NCBI RefSeq assembly: GCF_009914755.1
Contig: NC_060940.1
Source: the human T2T-CHM13v2.0 reference genome, Homo sapiens
DNA length: 64,000 nt
Direction: 5' to 3' (one strand)
Shown here: in pieces, positions 1 to 14,639 of the stretch
How positions within the stretch are numbered: position 1 is the stretch's first letter
How the letters are laid out: every line of letters begins with the position of its first letter
Program-made: the position numbers and the translations under genes
The notes under the pieces: model-generated
The model's input: only the letters and a program-made list of their open reading frames with translations
The model's database searches: none
Told to the model about the DNA's origin: nothing

Positions 1-286
1 ATGATTTCCTGTGATTCCCTTTGATGATCATTCTATTTGATTCAATTCGGTGATTTCATTTCATTCCATTCAGTGATGTTTCCATTCGACTGTATTCGAT
101 GATGATTCCATTCGACTCCATTCGATTATGATTTCATTCAATTCCATTCAATAATGATTCCCTTCGAGTCCATTCGATGATTCCATTCGATTCCATTCAA
201 CGATGATTTGATTCGTTTCCATTCGATGATTCCATTTGATTCCACTTGATGATGATTCCATTCGAGTCCATTTGATGATTCCATTC

Positions 287-2117
287 GAGTCTATTTATGT
301 ATTATATTCGTGTCCACTTCATGATTCCATTCAATTCCATTTAATGTTGATTCCATTTGATTCCATTTGATGATTCAGTTCGATTCCTTGCAATGATTCC
401 CTACGATTCCTTTCTATGATGATTCCATTCGATTCCATTCATTGATGATTTCATTCGACTCCATTCGATGATGATTCCTTTCGATTCCATTTGACGATAT
501 TTCCATTCGAGTCCATTCGATGATGATTCTATTCAATTGTGTTCTATTATGATTCCATTCGATTTCATTCAATGCTTCTATTTGATTCCATTCGATGATG
601 ATTCCATCTCTTTCCCTTCGATGATTCCATTTGATTCCATTCAGTGATGATTCCATTTGATTCCATCTGATGATGATTTCACTTGATTCCTTTCAATGAT
701 GATTCAATTCAAGTCTATTCTATGATTCCATTGGAGTCCAAACGATCATTCCGTTCGATTCCATTCAATGGTGATTCCATTCATGTCCATTCGATGAATC
801 CATTCAATTCCATTCGATGATGACTCCATTCGAGTACATTCGATGATTCCATTTGATTCCATTTGAAGATGATTCCATTCAATTCCATTCGAAGATGATT
901 CCATTCAATTCCATTCGATGATGATTCCGTATGAATCCATTCTCTGATTATTCCATTCGATTCCATTCATTGACGATTCCATTCAATTCCATTCAATGAT
1001 GATTCTCTTCTATTCCATTCGATGATTCCGGTCGATTCCATTCGATGATGATTCCATTAGATTCCATTCGATTGTTGCATTCGATTCCCGTCGATGATGA
1101 TTCCTTTGAATTCCATTCGATTATCATTCCGTATGAATCCATTTGATGATTATTCCATTGGATTCCTTTCGATGATGATTCCATTCGATTCCATTTGATG
1201 ATGTTTCTCTTGTATTCCATTGGATAATTCCTTTCAGTTCCCTTCGATGATTATTCTTTCGAGTCAATTCGATGATTCTATTCCATTCCCTTCGATGATG
1301 ATTCCATTTCACTCCATTAGATGATTCCATTCGACTCAATTTGGTGATGATTCAATTCGATGACATTCGATGACTCCATTCAATTTCATTTGATGATGAT
1401 TACATTCGAGTCCATTTGATGATTGTATTCCTTTCCTTTTGATGATTATTCCATTCGTGTCTATTCAAAGGTTCCATTCTATTCCATTCAATGATGATTG
1501 CATTTGATTCCATTCAATGATTATGGCTATCGATTCCACTCGTTGATTCCATTTGATTCCGTTCGATGATTATTCCGTTAGATTCCATTAGAAGATTCCA
1601 TTCGATTTTATTCAATGATTCCAATGGATTCCATTCAATGATGATTCCATTCGACTCCATTCAGTGATTCCATTCGAGTCCATTTGATGATTCCATTCTT
1701 TTCCATTTGATGATGATTCCATTAGGGTCCATTCAATGATTCCATTCGAGTCCATTCGTTAATGCCTTTCGAGTCCTTTTGATCACTACATTCGAGTCCA
1801 TTCAATGATTCTATTCGATTCCATTCCATGATGATACCATTCGAGTTCATTCGATGATTGCATTCGAGTCCATTTGATGATTCCATATGATTCCCTTCGA
1901 CAATGATTCCATTCGTGTCCATTTGATGATTCCATTCATTTCCTATCGATGAAGATTCCATTCAAGTGTATTCGATGATTCCATTCAAATCCATTCGATG
2001 ATGATTCCATTCCAGTCCATTCGATCATTCCACTTGATTCCATTTGATGACTATTCCATTCAAATCCATTTGATGATTCCATTCGATTCCATTCGATGTT
2101 ACCATTCGAGTATATAC
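287..2117 (+). repeat. Alternative 1,831-bp HSat2 module, copy 1
   Basis: Landmarks absent from the 6,112-bp unit (tctatttatgtattatattcgtgtcc, tccttgcaatgattccctacg, tatggctatcg, gttaccattcgagtatatacg). ORFs 414/781/993/1124/1722 recur at +49,476 and +53,606. Confidence 0.9.
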
Positions 2118-2252
2118 GATGATTCCACTCGATTCCATTTGATGATTATTCCATTGGAGTCCACTTAGTGAATCCTTTAGATTCTACTGGAAGATGATTC
2201 CATTCGAGTCCATTCGATGATACCATTCAATTCCATTCGTTGATGCTTCCAT

Positions 2253-5200
2253 TCAAGTGCATTCGATGATATCATTCGATTCCATTTGATGATAATTCCA
2301 TTTGATTCCATGCGATGATTCTATTCGATTCCATTCAATGATAATTCCATTCAATTCAGTGATTCCTCTGGACTCCATTTGATGATGATTCCATTCAATG
2401 ATTCCATTCGATTCTATTCGAAAATGATTCCATTTGAATCCATTTGATGATGATTCCATTGGATTCCATTTGATGATTCCATTCGATTCCATTCGATGAT
2501 GATTCCATTCGATTCCTTTTGATGATTCCATTCTATTGTATTCGATGATGATTCCATTCGATTCCATTCGATGATGATTGGATTCGATTCCATTTGATGA
2601 TTTCATTTGATTCCATTCGATAATGATTTCGATCAATTCCATTCGATGATTCCATTCGATTCCATTCGATAATGATTACATCCGAGTCCATTCGATGATT
2701 CCATTTGAGCCCGTTCGATAATTCCATTTGAGTCCAATCAATGATTCCATTCATTTCCATTCAATGATTCCATTCGAGTCCATTTGATCATTCCGGTAGG
2801 GTCCGTTCGATGTTGATTCCATTGGAGTGCATTCGATGATTCCATTCGAGTCCATTTTAGGATTTGATTCGAGTCCTTTCGATGATTCCATTCGATTCCA
2901 CTCGATGATTTCATTCGAGTCCATTCGACACTTCCAATCGATTCCATTTGATGATTCCATTCGAGTCCAATTGATGATTCCATTCAATTCCATTCGATGA
3001 TGATTCCGTACGATTCCATTCTGTGATGATTCCATGTGATTGCATTCAATGATGATTCCTTTCGATTGCATTCGATTATGATTCATTTCGTGTTCATTCT
3101 ATGGTTCCACAGGTTTCCATTCGATGATGTTTCCATTCGTGTCCATTCCATTATTCCATTCTATTCCATTTGAAGATGATTCCATTCGATTCCATTCATT
3201 GGTGATTCCACTCAATTCCATTCAATGATTCCATTCCATTTCTTTCAACAATGATTCCATTAGTTTCTATTCGATGATCCACTTGATTCCATTTGACGAT
3301 GATTCCATTCGTGTCCATTCGATGATTCCATTTGATTCCATATGATGATGATTCCATTCAATTCCATTCGATGATTCCTTTCGATTCCATTCAATGATGA
3401 TGGCATTCGATTCCTTTCGATCATTCCCTTTGATTCCATTCAAAGGTGATTTCATTCAAGTCCATTCGATAATTGCATTCGATTCCATTCTATGATGATT
3501 CCATTCGAGTCCATTTGATGATTCCATTCAATTCAAGTCAATGATGATTCCATTCGATTCCACTCGATGATTCCATTGGATTCCATTCGATGATGATTCC
3601 ATTCAAATCCATTCGATAATTCAATTCAAGTCCATTCGATGATGATTCCAATCGAATCCATTCAAAGATTCCACTCAATTCCATTCGATGATGATTCCCT
3701 TAGATTCCATTCGATGATTCCACTTGATTCCATTTACGATGATTCCATTCGATTCCATGTGATGATTCCATTCAATTCTATTCAATGATGTTTCCACTTG
3801 ATTCCATTCGAACATGATTGCCTTTGATTCCATTCAATGATTCCATACGGTTCCATTTGATGATGATTCCATTGGAGTGCATTAGATGATTCCATCCGAG
3901 TCCATTTGATGATTCCATTCGATTCCATTCGATGTTGATTCTGTTCAAATCCATTCGATGATTCCACTCGATTCCATTCGATGACTCCATTTGATCCCAT
4001 TCGATGATTTCCTTTGATTCCCTTTGATGATCATTCCATTTGATTCAATTCGGTGATTTCATTTGATTCCATTCAGTGATGTTTCCATTCAACTCCTTTC
4101 GATGATGATTCCATTCGACTCCATTCGATTATGATTTCATTCAATTCCATTCGATAATGATTCCCTTCAAGTCCATTCGATGATTCCATTCGATTCCATT
4201 CAACGATGATTTGATTCGTGTCCATTCGATGATTCCATTTGATTCCATTTGATGATGATTCCATTCGAGTCCCTTTGATGATTCCATTCAATTCCATTCT
4301 CCGATGATTTCTTTTGAGCCCATTCAATGCTTCCACTCGATTCCATATGATGATGACTCCATTTGATGAAATTCCATGATGATTCCATTCGCTTGCATTC
4401 GATGATGATTCCACTTGAGTCCGTTAGAAGATTCTATTCAATTACATTCCATGACGATTCTGTTCGAGTCCATTTGATGATTCCATTAGACTCCATTCGA
4501 CGATGATTCCATTCGATGTTATTCGATGATGATTCCATTCAACTCCATTCGGTGTTTCCATTCGAGGTCATTCTATTATTCCATTAGATTCCATTCGATG
4601 ATGATTCCATTCGATTCCATTTGATGATTGCATTCTATTTCATTTGATGATGATTCCATTCGAGTCCATTCGATGATTCCATTCGAGTCCATTTAATGAA
4701 TCCATTGGTTTCAATTCTATGATGATTACATTGGATTCCATTCGTTGATGATTTCATTCGATTCCATTCAATGATGATTCCATTCAATTCCATTCAATGA
4801 TTCCATTCAATTCCATACGATGATGATTCCATTGGATTTGATTCGACAGTGAGCCATTCGATTCAATTCCATGATGATTCTATTTTATTCAATTGGTTGA
4901 CATTTCCATTCGATTCCATTCGATGATGATTCCCTTTGATTCCATTCAAAGCTGATTCCATTCTAGCCCATTCAATCATTCCATTCGATTCTATTCAATG
5001 ATGATTCCATTCATGTCGATTTGGTGATTCCATTTGACTTCATTTGATGATGATTCTTTTCAAGTTCATTAGATGATTCCATTCGATTCCATTTGATGAT
5101 GATCCCATTCGAGTCCATTTGATGATTCCACTCGTTTCCATTCCATGATGATTCAATTCCATTCCATTCAATGATTCCATTCGATTCCGTTTGATGATGA

Positions 5201-8200
5201 TTTCATTCGAGTCCATTTGATGATTACATTTGATTCCATTCGATGATGATTACATTCGAGTCCATACGATGATTCCACTCAATTCCATATGATGATGATT
5301 CCATTCGATTCCATTCGATGATTCCACTTGATTCCATTTACGATGATTCCATTCGATTCCATGTGATGATTCCATTCAGTTCTATTCAATGCTGTTTCCA
5401 TTTGATTCCATTCGACCATGATTGCCTTTGATTCCATTCAATGACTCCGTTCGGTTCCTTTTGATGATGATTCCGTTCGATTCCATTTCATTATTCCATT
5501 TGATTCCATTGGATGAGTCCATTCGATTACATTCGATGATTATTCCATTCGAGTGCATTAGATGATTCCATTCGAGTCCATTCGATGATTCCATTCGATT
5601 CCATTCGATGTTGATTCTGTTCAAATCCATTCGATGATTCCACTCGATTCCATTCGATGACTCCAGTTGATCCCATTCGATGATTTCCTTTGATTCCCTT
5701 TGATGATCATTCCATTTGATTCAATTCGGTGATTTCATTTGATTCCATTCAGTGATGTTTCCATTCGACTCCATTCGATGATGATTCCATTCGACTCCAT
5801 TCGATTATGATTTCATTCAATTCCATTCGATAATGATTCCCTTCGAGTCCATTCGATGATTCCATTCGATTCCATTCAACGATGATTTGATTCGTGTCCA
5901 TTCGATGATTCCATTTGATTCCACTTGATGATGATTCCATTCGAGTCCATTTGATGATTCCATTCAATTCCATTCTCCGATGATTTCTTTTGAGCCCATT
6001 CAATGCTTCCACTCGATTCCATATGATGATGACTCCATTCGATGAAATTCGATGATGATTCCCTTTGATTCCATTCAAAGATGATTCCATTCTAGCCCAT
6101 TCAATCATTCCATTCGATTCTATTCAATGATGATTCCATTCATGTCGATTTGGTGATTCCATTTGACTTCATTTGATGATGATTCCTTTCAAGTTCATTA
6201 GATGATTCCATTCGATTCCATTTGATGATGATCCCATTGGAGTCCATTCAGTGATTCCACTCGTTTCCATTCCATGATGATTCCATTCCATTCCATTCAA
6301 TGATTCCATTCGATTCCGTTTGATGATGATTTCATTCGAGTCCATTTGATGATTCCTTTGGATTCCATTCGATGATGATTCCATTCGAGTCCATTCGATG
6401 ATTCTATTCGAATCCATTTGATGATTTCTTTTGATTATAGTTGGTGATGATTCCATTGGAGTCCATTCAATGATTCCATTCGATTCCAATCGATGGTGAT
6501 TCCATTAGAGTCCATTTAACGATTCCATTTGATTCCAGTCTCTGATGATTACATTCGAGTCCATACGATGATTCCACTCAATTCCATATGATGATGATTC
6601 CATTCTATTCCATTCGATGATTCCATTCTATTCTATTCAATGGTGATTCCATTCGAGTACATTAGATGATTCCATTCGATTCCATTCAATGATGATTCTA
6701 TTTGTGTCCCTTAGATGGTTCCACATGATTCCATTTCATGATGATACTATTTGAGCCCATCCAATGACTCCCTTCGATTCCATTCGATGAGGATTCCATT
6801 CGATTCAATTCATTGGTGATTCTATTCAATTCAATTCTTTGATTCCATTCCATTCCATTCGACAATGATTCCATTCGATTTCTTTCGATGATTCCACTCG
6901 ATTCCACTTGACATTGATTCCATTCGATTCCATTCAATGATTCCGTTTGATTCCAGTGGATGATGATTGCCGTCGATTCCATTCGATCACTCCATTCTAT
7001 TCCATTTGATGATGATTACATTCGATTCCATTTGATGATTCCATCTGATTCTATTCGAGGATTCCATTTGATTCCATTCGATGATGATTCCATTCGAGTG
7101 CATTCGATGATTTCATTCGAGTACATCCAATGATTCCATTAGAGTCCATTCGATGATTTCATTCGAGTCCCTTCATTGATTCCATCCGATTTCATTGGAT
7201 GATGACTCCATTCGAGTCCATTCGATGATTCCACTCGATTCCATTAGATGACTCCATTGGAGTCCATTTGATTGTTCCATTCGATTTCATTCGATTCCTT
7301 TCGAAGATTATTCCATTTGAGTCCATTCGATGATGATTCCATTCCATTCCATTCGATGATTCCGTTTGATTCCATTCGATGATTCCCTTCGATTCCTTTC
7401 TTTGATGATTCCATTCCATTCCATTCAATGATTCCATTCGAATCTATTCCATGATGATTCCTTTCGATTCCATTCGCTGATGTTTCCGTTCAATTCCATT
7501 CGATGATGATTCCATTCGATTCCATTCATTGAGGATTCCATTTGATTCCATTCAATGATGATTCCGTTCTATTCCATTCAATGATTGCATTCAATTCCAT
7601 TCAATGATTATCCCCTTAGAGTAAACTCAACGATTCCATTCAATACCATTCGATGATGATTCCTTTTGAGTCCATTCAATGATTTCATTCAAGTCCATTT
7701 GATGATTCCTTTCAATTCCATTCTATGATGATTCCATTCGAGTCCATTCGATGATTCCATTAGATTGCATTCGATTATTCCATTATATTCCAGTCAACGA
7801 TGATTCCATTCGAGTCCATTCGATGATTCCATTAGAGTACATTTAATGATTGCTTTGTTTTCAATTCGAAGATGATTACATTGGATTCCATTCTATGATA
7901 CCATTCGATTCCATTCAATGATGATTCCACTCAAATCCATTGGATGATTCCATTCGTGTCCATTCGGTGATTTCATTAGATTCCATTCGAGGATGATTCC
8001 ATTCGATTCCATTCGATGATTCCATTCAATTCCATTCGATGATGATTCCATTCCAGTCCATATGATCATTCCATTTGATTTCATTCGATGATGATTCCAT
8101 TCAATTCCATTCGATGATTCCATTCTATTCCATTCGATGATGATTCCATTCGAGTCCATTCGATGATTCCATTCGAGTCCATTTAATGATTCCATTGGGT

Positions 8201-9097
8201 TCAATTCAATGATGATTACATTGGATTCCGTTCTATGATTCCATTCAATTCCGTTCATTGACAATTTGATTCCATTCGATGATGATTCCATTTGAGTTCA
8301 TTCGATGATTCTATTCGATTCTCTTCGATGGTGATTCAATTCTATTATATTGGATGATTCCATTCGATTCCATTTGATGTTGATTCAATTCGATTCTATT
8401 CGATGATGATTCCATTGGATTTCACTTGATGATTCTATTCGATTCCATTCAATGATGATTCACTTCTCGTCCATTGGATGATTCCATTTCATTCCATTCG
8501 ATGATGATTCCATTCGATTCCATTCGATGATTCCATTTGATTCCATGCGACGGTGAGCAATTCGATTCAATTCCATGATGATTCTATTTGATTCAATTAG
8601 ATGATGTTTCCATTCGAATCCATTCCATGATTATTCCATTGGAATCCATTTGGCGATGATTCCATATGAGTCAATTCAATGATGATTCCATATGGGTCCG
8701 TTCGATGATAATTCCATTTGATTTCATTCGATGCTTCTATTCTATTCCAGTCGATGATGATTCCGTTGGAGTCCATACGATGATTCCATTTGATTTCATT
8801 TGATGATGATTCCATTCGATGATGATTACATTGGATTCCATTCTATGATTCCATTCAATTCCATTCGTTGATGATTCGATTCCATTCAATGATGATTCCA
8901 TTTGAGTTCATTCGATGATTCTATTCGATTCCGTTCGATGGTGATTCAATTCTATTATATAGGATGATTCCACTCGATTCCATTTGATGATTATTCCATT
9001 GGAGTCCACTTAGTGAATCCTTTAGATTCTACTCGACGATGATTCCATTCGAGTCCATTCGATGATACCATTCAATTTCATTCGTTGATGCTTCCAT
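2253..9097 (+). repeat. Rearranged 6,845-bp landmark interval (1,604-bp register jump at ~5326, plus deletions of 52, 72, 23, 170, 570 and 265 bp)
   Basis: Landmark spacing 2253 to 9098. ORF family 3778 recurs at 5382 (+1,604). Deletion junctions were read by comparison with 23156-29267. Confidence 0.8.
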
Positions 9098-12000
9098 TCA
9101 AGTGCATTCGATGATATCATTCGATTCCATTTGATGATAATTCCATTTGATTCCATGTGATGATTCTATTCGATTCCATTCAATGATAATTCCATTCAAT
9201 TCAGTGATTCCTCTGGACTCCATTTGATGATGATTCCATTCAATGATTCCATTCGATTCTATTCCAAAATGATTCCATTTGAATCCATTTGATGATGATT
9301 CCATTAGATTCCATTTGATGATTCCATTCGATTCCATTTGACGATGATTCCATTCGATTCCATTTGATGATTCCATTCTATTCTATTCGATGATGATTCC
9401 ATTCGATTCCATTTGATGATGATTGGATTCGATTCCATTTGATGATTTCATTTGATTCCATTCGTTAATGATTTCGATCAACTCCATTCGATGATTCCAT
9501 TTGATTCCATTCGATAATGATTACATCCGAGTCCATTCGATGATTCCATTTGAGCCCGTTCGATAATTCCATTTGAGTCCAATCAATGATTCCATTCATT
9601 TCCATTCAATGATTCCATTCGAGTCCATTTGATCATTCTGGTAGGGTCCGTTCGATGTTGATTCCATTGGAGTGCATTCGATGATTCCATTCGAGTCCAT
9701 TTTAGGATTTGATTCGAGTCCTTTCGATGATTCCATTCGATTCCACTCGATGATGATTTCATTCGAGTCCATTCGACACTTCCAATCGATTCCATTTGAT
9801 GTTTCCATTCGAGTCCAATTGATGATTCCATTCAATTCCATTCGATGATGATTCCGTACGATTCCATTCTGTGATGATTCCATGTGATTGCATTCAATGA
9901 TGATTCCTTTCGATTGCATTCGATTGTGATTCATTTCGTCTTCATTCTATGGTTCCACAGGTTTCCATTCGTGTCCATTCCATTATTCCATTCTATTCCA
10001 TTTGGTGATGATTCCATTCGATTCCATTCATTGGTGATTCCACTCAATTCCATTCAATGATTCCATTCCATTTCTTTCAACAATGATTCCATTAGTTTCT
10101 AATCGATGATCCACTTGATTCCATTTGACGACGATTCCATTCTTGTCCATTCGATGATTCCATTTGATTCCATATGATGATGATTCCATTCGATTCCATA
10201 CCATGATGATTCCATTCGAGTCCATTCAATGGTGATTCCATTCAATTCCATTCGATGATTCCTTTCGATTCCATTCGATGATGATGGCATTCGATTCCTT
10301 TCAATCATTCCCTTTGATTCCATTCAAAGGTGATTTCATTCAAGTCCATTCGATAATTGCATTCGATTCCATTCTATGATGATTCCATTCGAGTCCATTT
10401 GATGATTCCATTCAATTCAAGTCAATGATGATTCCATTCGATTCCATTCGATGATTCCATTGGATTCCATTCGATGATGATTCCATTCAAATCCATTCGA
10501 TAATTCAATTCAAGTCCATTCGATGATGATTAAAATCGAATCCATTCAAAGATTCCATTCAGTTCCATTCGATGATTCCCTTAGATTCCATTCGATGATT
10601 CCACATGATTCCATTTACGATGATTCCATTCGATTCCATGTGATGATTCCATTCAATTCTATTCAATGCTGTTTCCATTTGATTCCATTCGACCATGATT
10701 GCCTTTGATTCCATTCAATGACTCCATTCGGTTCCTTTTGATGATGATTCCGTTCGATTCCATTTGATGATTCCATTTGATTCCATTGGATGAGTCCATT
10801 CGATTACATTCGATGATTATTCCATTCGAGTGCATTAGATGATTCCATTCGAGTCCATTCGATGATTCCATTCGATTCCATTCGATGTTGATTCTGTTCA
10901 AATCCATTCGATGATTCCACTCGATTCCATTCGATGACTCCAGTTGATCCCATTCGATGATTTCCTTTGATTCCCTTTGATGATCATTCCATTTGATTCA
11001 ATTCGGTGATTTCATTTGATTCCATTCAGTGATGTTTCCATTCGACTCCATTCGATGATGATTCCATTCGACTCCATTCGATTATGATTTCATTCAATTC
11101 CATTCGATAATGATTCCCTTCGAGTCCATTCGATGATTCCATTCGATTCCATTCAACGATGATTTGATTCGTGTCCATTCGATGATTCCATTTGATTCCA
11201 CTTGATGATGATTCCATTCGAGTCCATTTGATGATTCCATTCAATTCCATTCTCCGATGATTTCTTTTGAGCCCATTCAATGCTTCCACTCGATTCCATA
11301 TGATGATGACTCCATTCGATGAAATTCGATGATGATTCCCTTTGATTCCATTCAAAGATGATTCCATTCTAGCCCATTCAATCATTCCATTCGATTCTAT
11401 TCAATGATGATTCCATTCATGTCGATTTGTTGGTTCCATTTGACTTCATTTGATGATGATTCCTTTCAAGTTCATTAGATGATTCCATTCGATTCCATTT
11501 GATGATGATCCCATTGGAGTCCATTCAGTGATTCCACTCGTTTCCATTCCATGATGATTCCATTCCATTCCATTCAATGATTCCATTCGATTCCGTTTGA
11601 TGATGATTTCATTCGAGTCCATTTGATGATTCCATTTGATTCCATTCGATGATGATTCCATTCGAGTCCATTCGATGATTCTATTCGAATCCATTTGATG
11701 ATTTCTTTTGATTATAGTTGGTGATGATTCCATTGGAGTTCATTCAATGATTCCATTCGATTCCAATCGATGGTGATTCCATTAGAGTCCATTTAATGAT
11801 TCCATTTGATTCCAGTCTCTGATGATTACATTCGAGTCCATACGATGATTCCACTCAATTCCATATGATGATGATTCCATTCTATTCCATTCGATGATTC
11901 CATTCTATTCTATTCAATGGTGATTCCATTCGAGTACATTAGATGATTCCATTCGATTCCATTCAATGATGATTCTATTTGTGTCCCTTAGATGATTCCA

Positions 12001-14639
12001 CATGATTCCATTATATGATGATACTATTTCAGCCCATCCAATGATTCCCTTCGATTCCATTCGATGAGGATTCCATTCGATTCAATTCATTGGTGATTCT
12101 ATTCAATTCAATTCTTTGATTCCATTCCATTCCATTCGACAATGATTCCATTCGATTTCTTTCGATGATTCCACTCGATTCCACTTGACATTGATTCCCT
12201 TCGATTCCATTCAATGATTCCATTTGATTCCAGTGGATGATGATTGCCATCGATTCCATTCGATCACTCCATTCTATTCCATTTGATGATGATTACATTC
12301 GATTCCATTTGACGATTCCATCTGATTCTATTCGAGGATTCCATTTGATTCCATTCGATGATGATTCCATTCGAGTCCATTCGATGATTTCATTCGAGTA
12401 CATCCAATGATTCCATTCGAGTCCATTTGATGATTCCATTTGATTCCATTTGATTATGATTCTACTAGAGTCCATTCAATGACTCCATTCGAGTCCATTC
12501 AACAATTCCATTCGACTCCATTCGATGATTCCATTCGATTCCATTTGATGATTCCATTCGAGTCCATTTAATCATTACAGTCGAGTCCATTTGGTGATTC
12601 CGCTGGATTTCCTTTGATAATGATACCATTCAATTACATTTGATGATGATCCCATTCAATTTCATTTGTTGATGATTCCATTAGAGTCCTTTCGATGATT
12701 TTATTCGAGTCCCTTCATTGATTCCATCCGATTTCATTGGATGATGACTCCATTCGAGTCCATTCGATGATTCCACTCGATTCCATTAGATGATTCCATT
12801 GGAGTCCATTTGATTGTTCCATTCGATTCCATTCGATTCCTTTCGAAGATTATTCCATTTGAGTCCATTCGATGATGATTCCATTCCATTCCATTCGATG
12901 ATTCCGTTTGATTCCATTCGATGATTCCCTTCGATTCCTTTCTTTGATGATTCCATTCCATTCCATTCAATGATTCCATTCGAATCTATTCCATGATGAT
13001 TCCTTTCGATTCCATTCGCTGATGTTTCCTTTCAATTCCATTCGATGATGATTCCATTCGATTCCATTCATTGAGGATTCCATTTGATTCCATTCAATGA
13101 TGATTCCATTCTATTCCATTCAAAGATTGCATTCAATTCCATTCAATGATTATCCCATTAGTGTAAACTCAACGATTCCATTCAATACCATTTGATGATG
13201 ATTCCTTTTGAGTCCATTCAATGATTTCATTCAAGTCCATTTGATGATTCCTTTCAATTCCATTCTATGATGATTCCATTCGAGTCCATTCGATGATTCC
13301 ATTCGATTGCATTCGATGATTCCATTATATTCCATTCAACGATGATTCCATTCGAGTCCATTCGATGATTCCATTAGAGTACATTTAAGGATTGCTTTGT
13401 TTTCAATTCGAAGATGATTACATTCGATTCCATTCTATGATACCATTCGATTCCATTCAATGATGACTCCACTCAAATCCATTGGATGATTCCATTCGTG
13501 TCCATTCGGTGATTTCATTAGATTCCATTCGAGGATGATTCCATTCGATTCCATTCGATGATTCCATTCAATTCCATTCGATGATGATTCCATTCGAGTC
13601 CATATGATCATTCCATTTGATTTCATTCGATGATGATTCCATTCGATTCCATTCGACGATTCCATTCTATTCCATTCGATGTTGATTCCATTCGAGTCCA
13701 TTCGATGATTCCATTCGAGTCCATTTAATGATTCCATTGGGTTCAATTCAATGATGATTACATTGGATTCCGTTCTATGATTCCATTCAATTCCGTTCAT
13801 TGACAATTTGATTCCATTCGATGATGATTCCATTTGAGTTCATTCGATGATTCTATTCGATTCTCTTCGATGGTGATTCAATTCTATTATATTGGATGAT
13901 TCCATTCGATTCCATTTGATGTTGATTCAATTCGATTCTATTCGATGATGATACCATTGGATTTCACTTGATGATTCTATTCGATTCCATTCAATGATGA
14001 TTCACTTCTCGTCCATTGGATGATTCCATTTCATTCCATTCGATGATGATTCCATTCGATTCCATTCGATGATTCCATTTGATTCCATGCGACGGTGAGC
14101 AATTCGATTCAATTCCATGATGATTCTATTTGATTCAATTAGATGATGTTTCCATTCGAATCCATTCCATGATTATTCCATTGGAATCCATTCGGCGATG
14201 ATTCCATATGAGTCAATTCAATGATGATTCCATATGGGTCCGTTCGATGATAATTCCATTTGATTTCATTCGATGCTTCTATTCTATTCCAGTCGATGAT
14301 GATTCCGTTGGAGTCCATACGATGATTCCATTTGATTTCATTTCATGATGATTCCATTCGATGACGATTACATTGGATTCCATTCTATGATTCCATTCAA
14401 TTCCATTCGTTGATGATTCGATTCCATTCAATGATGATTCCATTTGAGTTCATTCGATGATTCTATTCGATTCCGTTCGATGGTGATTCAATTCTATTAT
14501 ATTGGATGATTCCACTCGATTCCATTTGATGATTATTCCATTGGAGTCCACTTAGTGAATCCTTTAGATTCTACTCGACGATGATTCCATTCGAGTCCAT
14601 TCGATGATACCATTCAATTCCATTCGTTGATGCTTCCAT
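9098..14639 (+). repeat. 5,542-bp variant unit (6,112 minus 570)
   Basis: ORF pairs 7192/12734, 7893/13435, 9098/14640 and 9596/15138 are all spaced 5,542. The junction gaaattcgatgatgattcc|ctttgattcc lies at 11339/11340. Confidence 0.9.

Noticed and set aside
287-2117. Alternative module as a mobile-element insertion
   Set aside because: It consists of HSat2 monomers, replaces canonical sequence instead of inserting into it, and has no poly(A) tail, terminal repeats or target-site duplication.
3340-7160. Deletion lengths being sums of 23 and 26 as a special rule
   Set aside because: This is expected from monomer-register slippage for small sizes (23, 52, 72) and uninformative for large sizes, many of which decompose this way.
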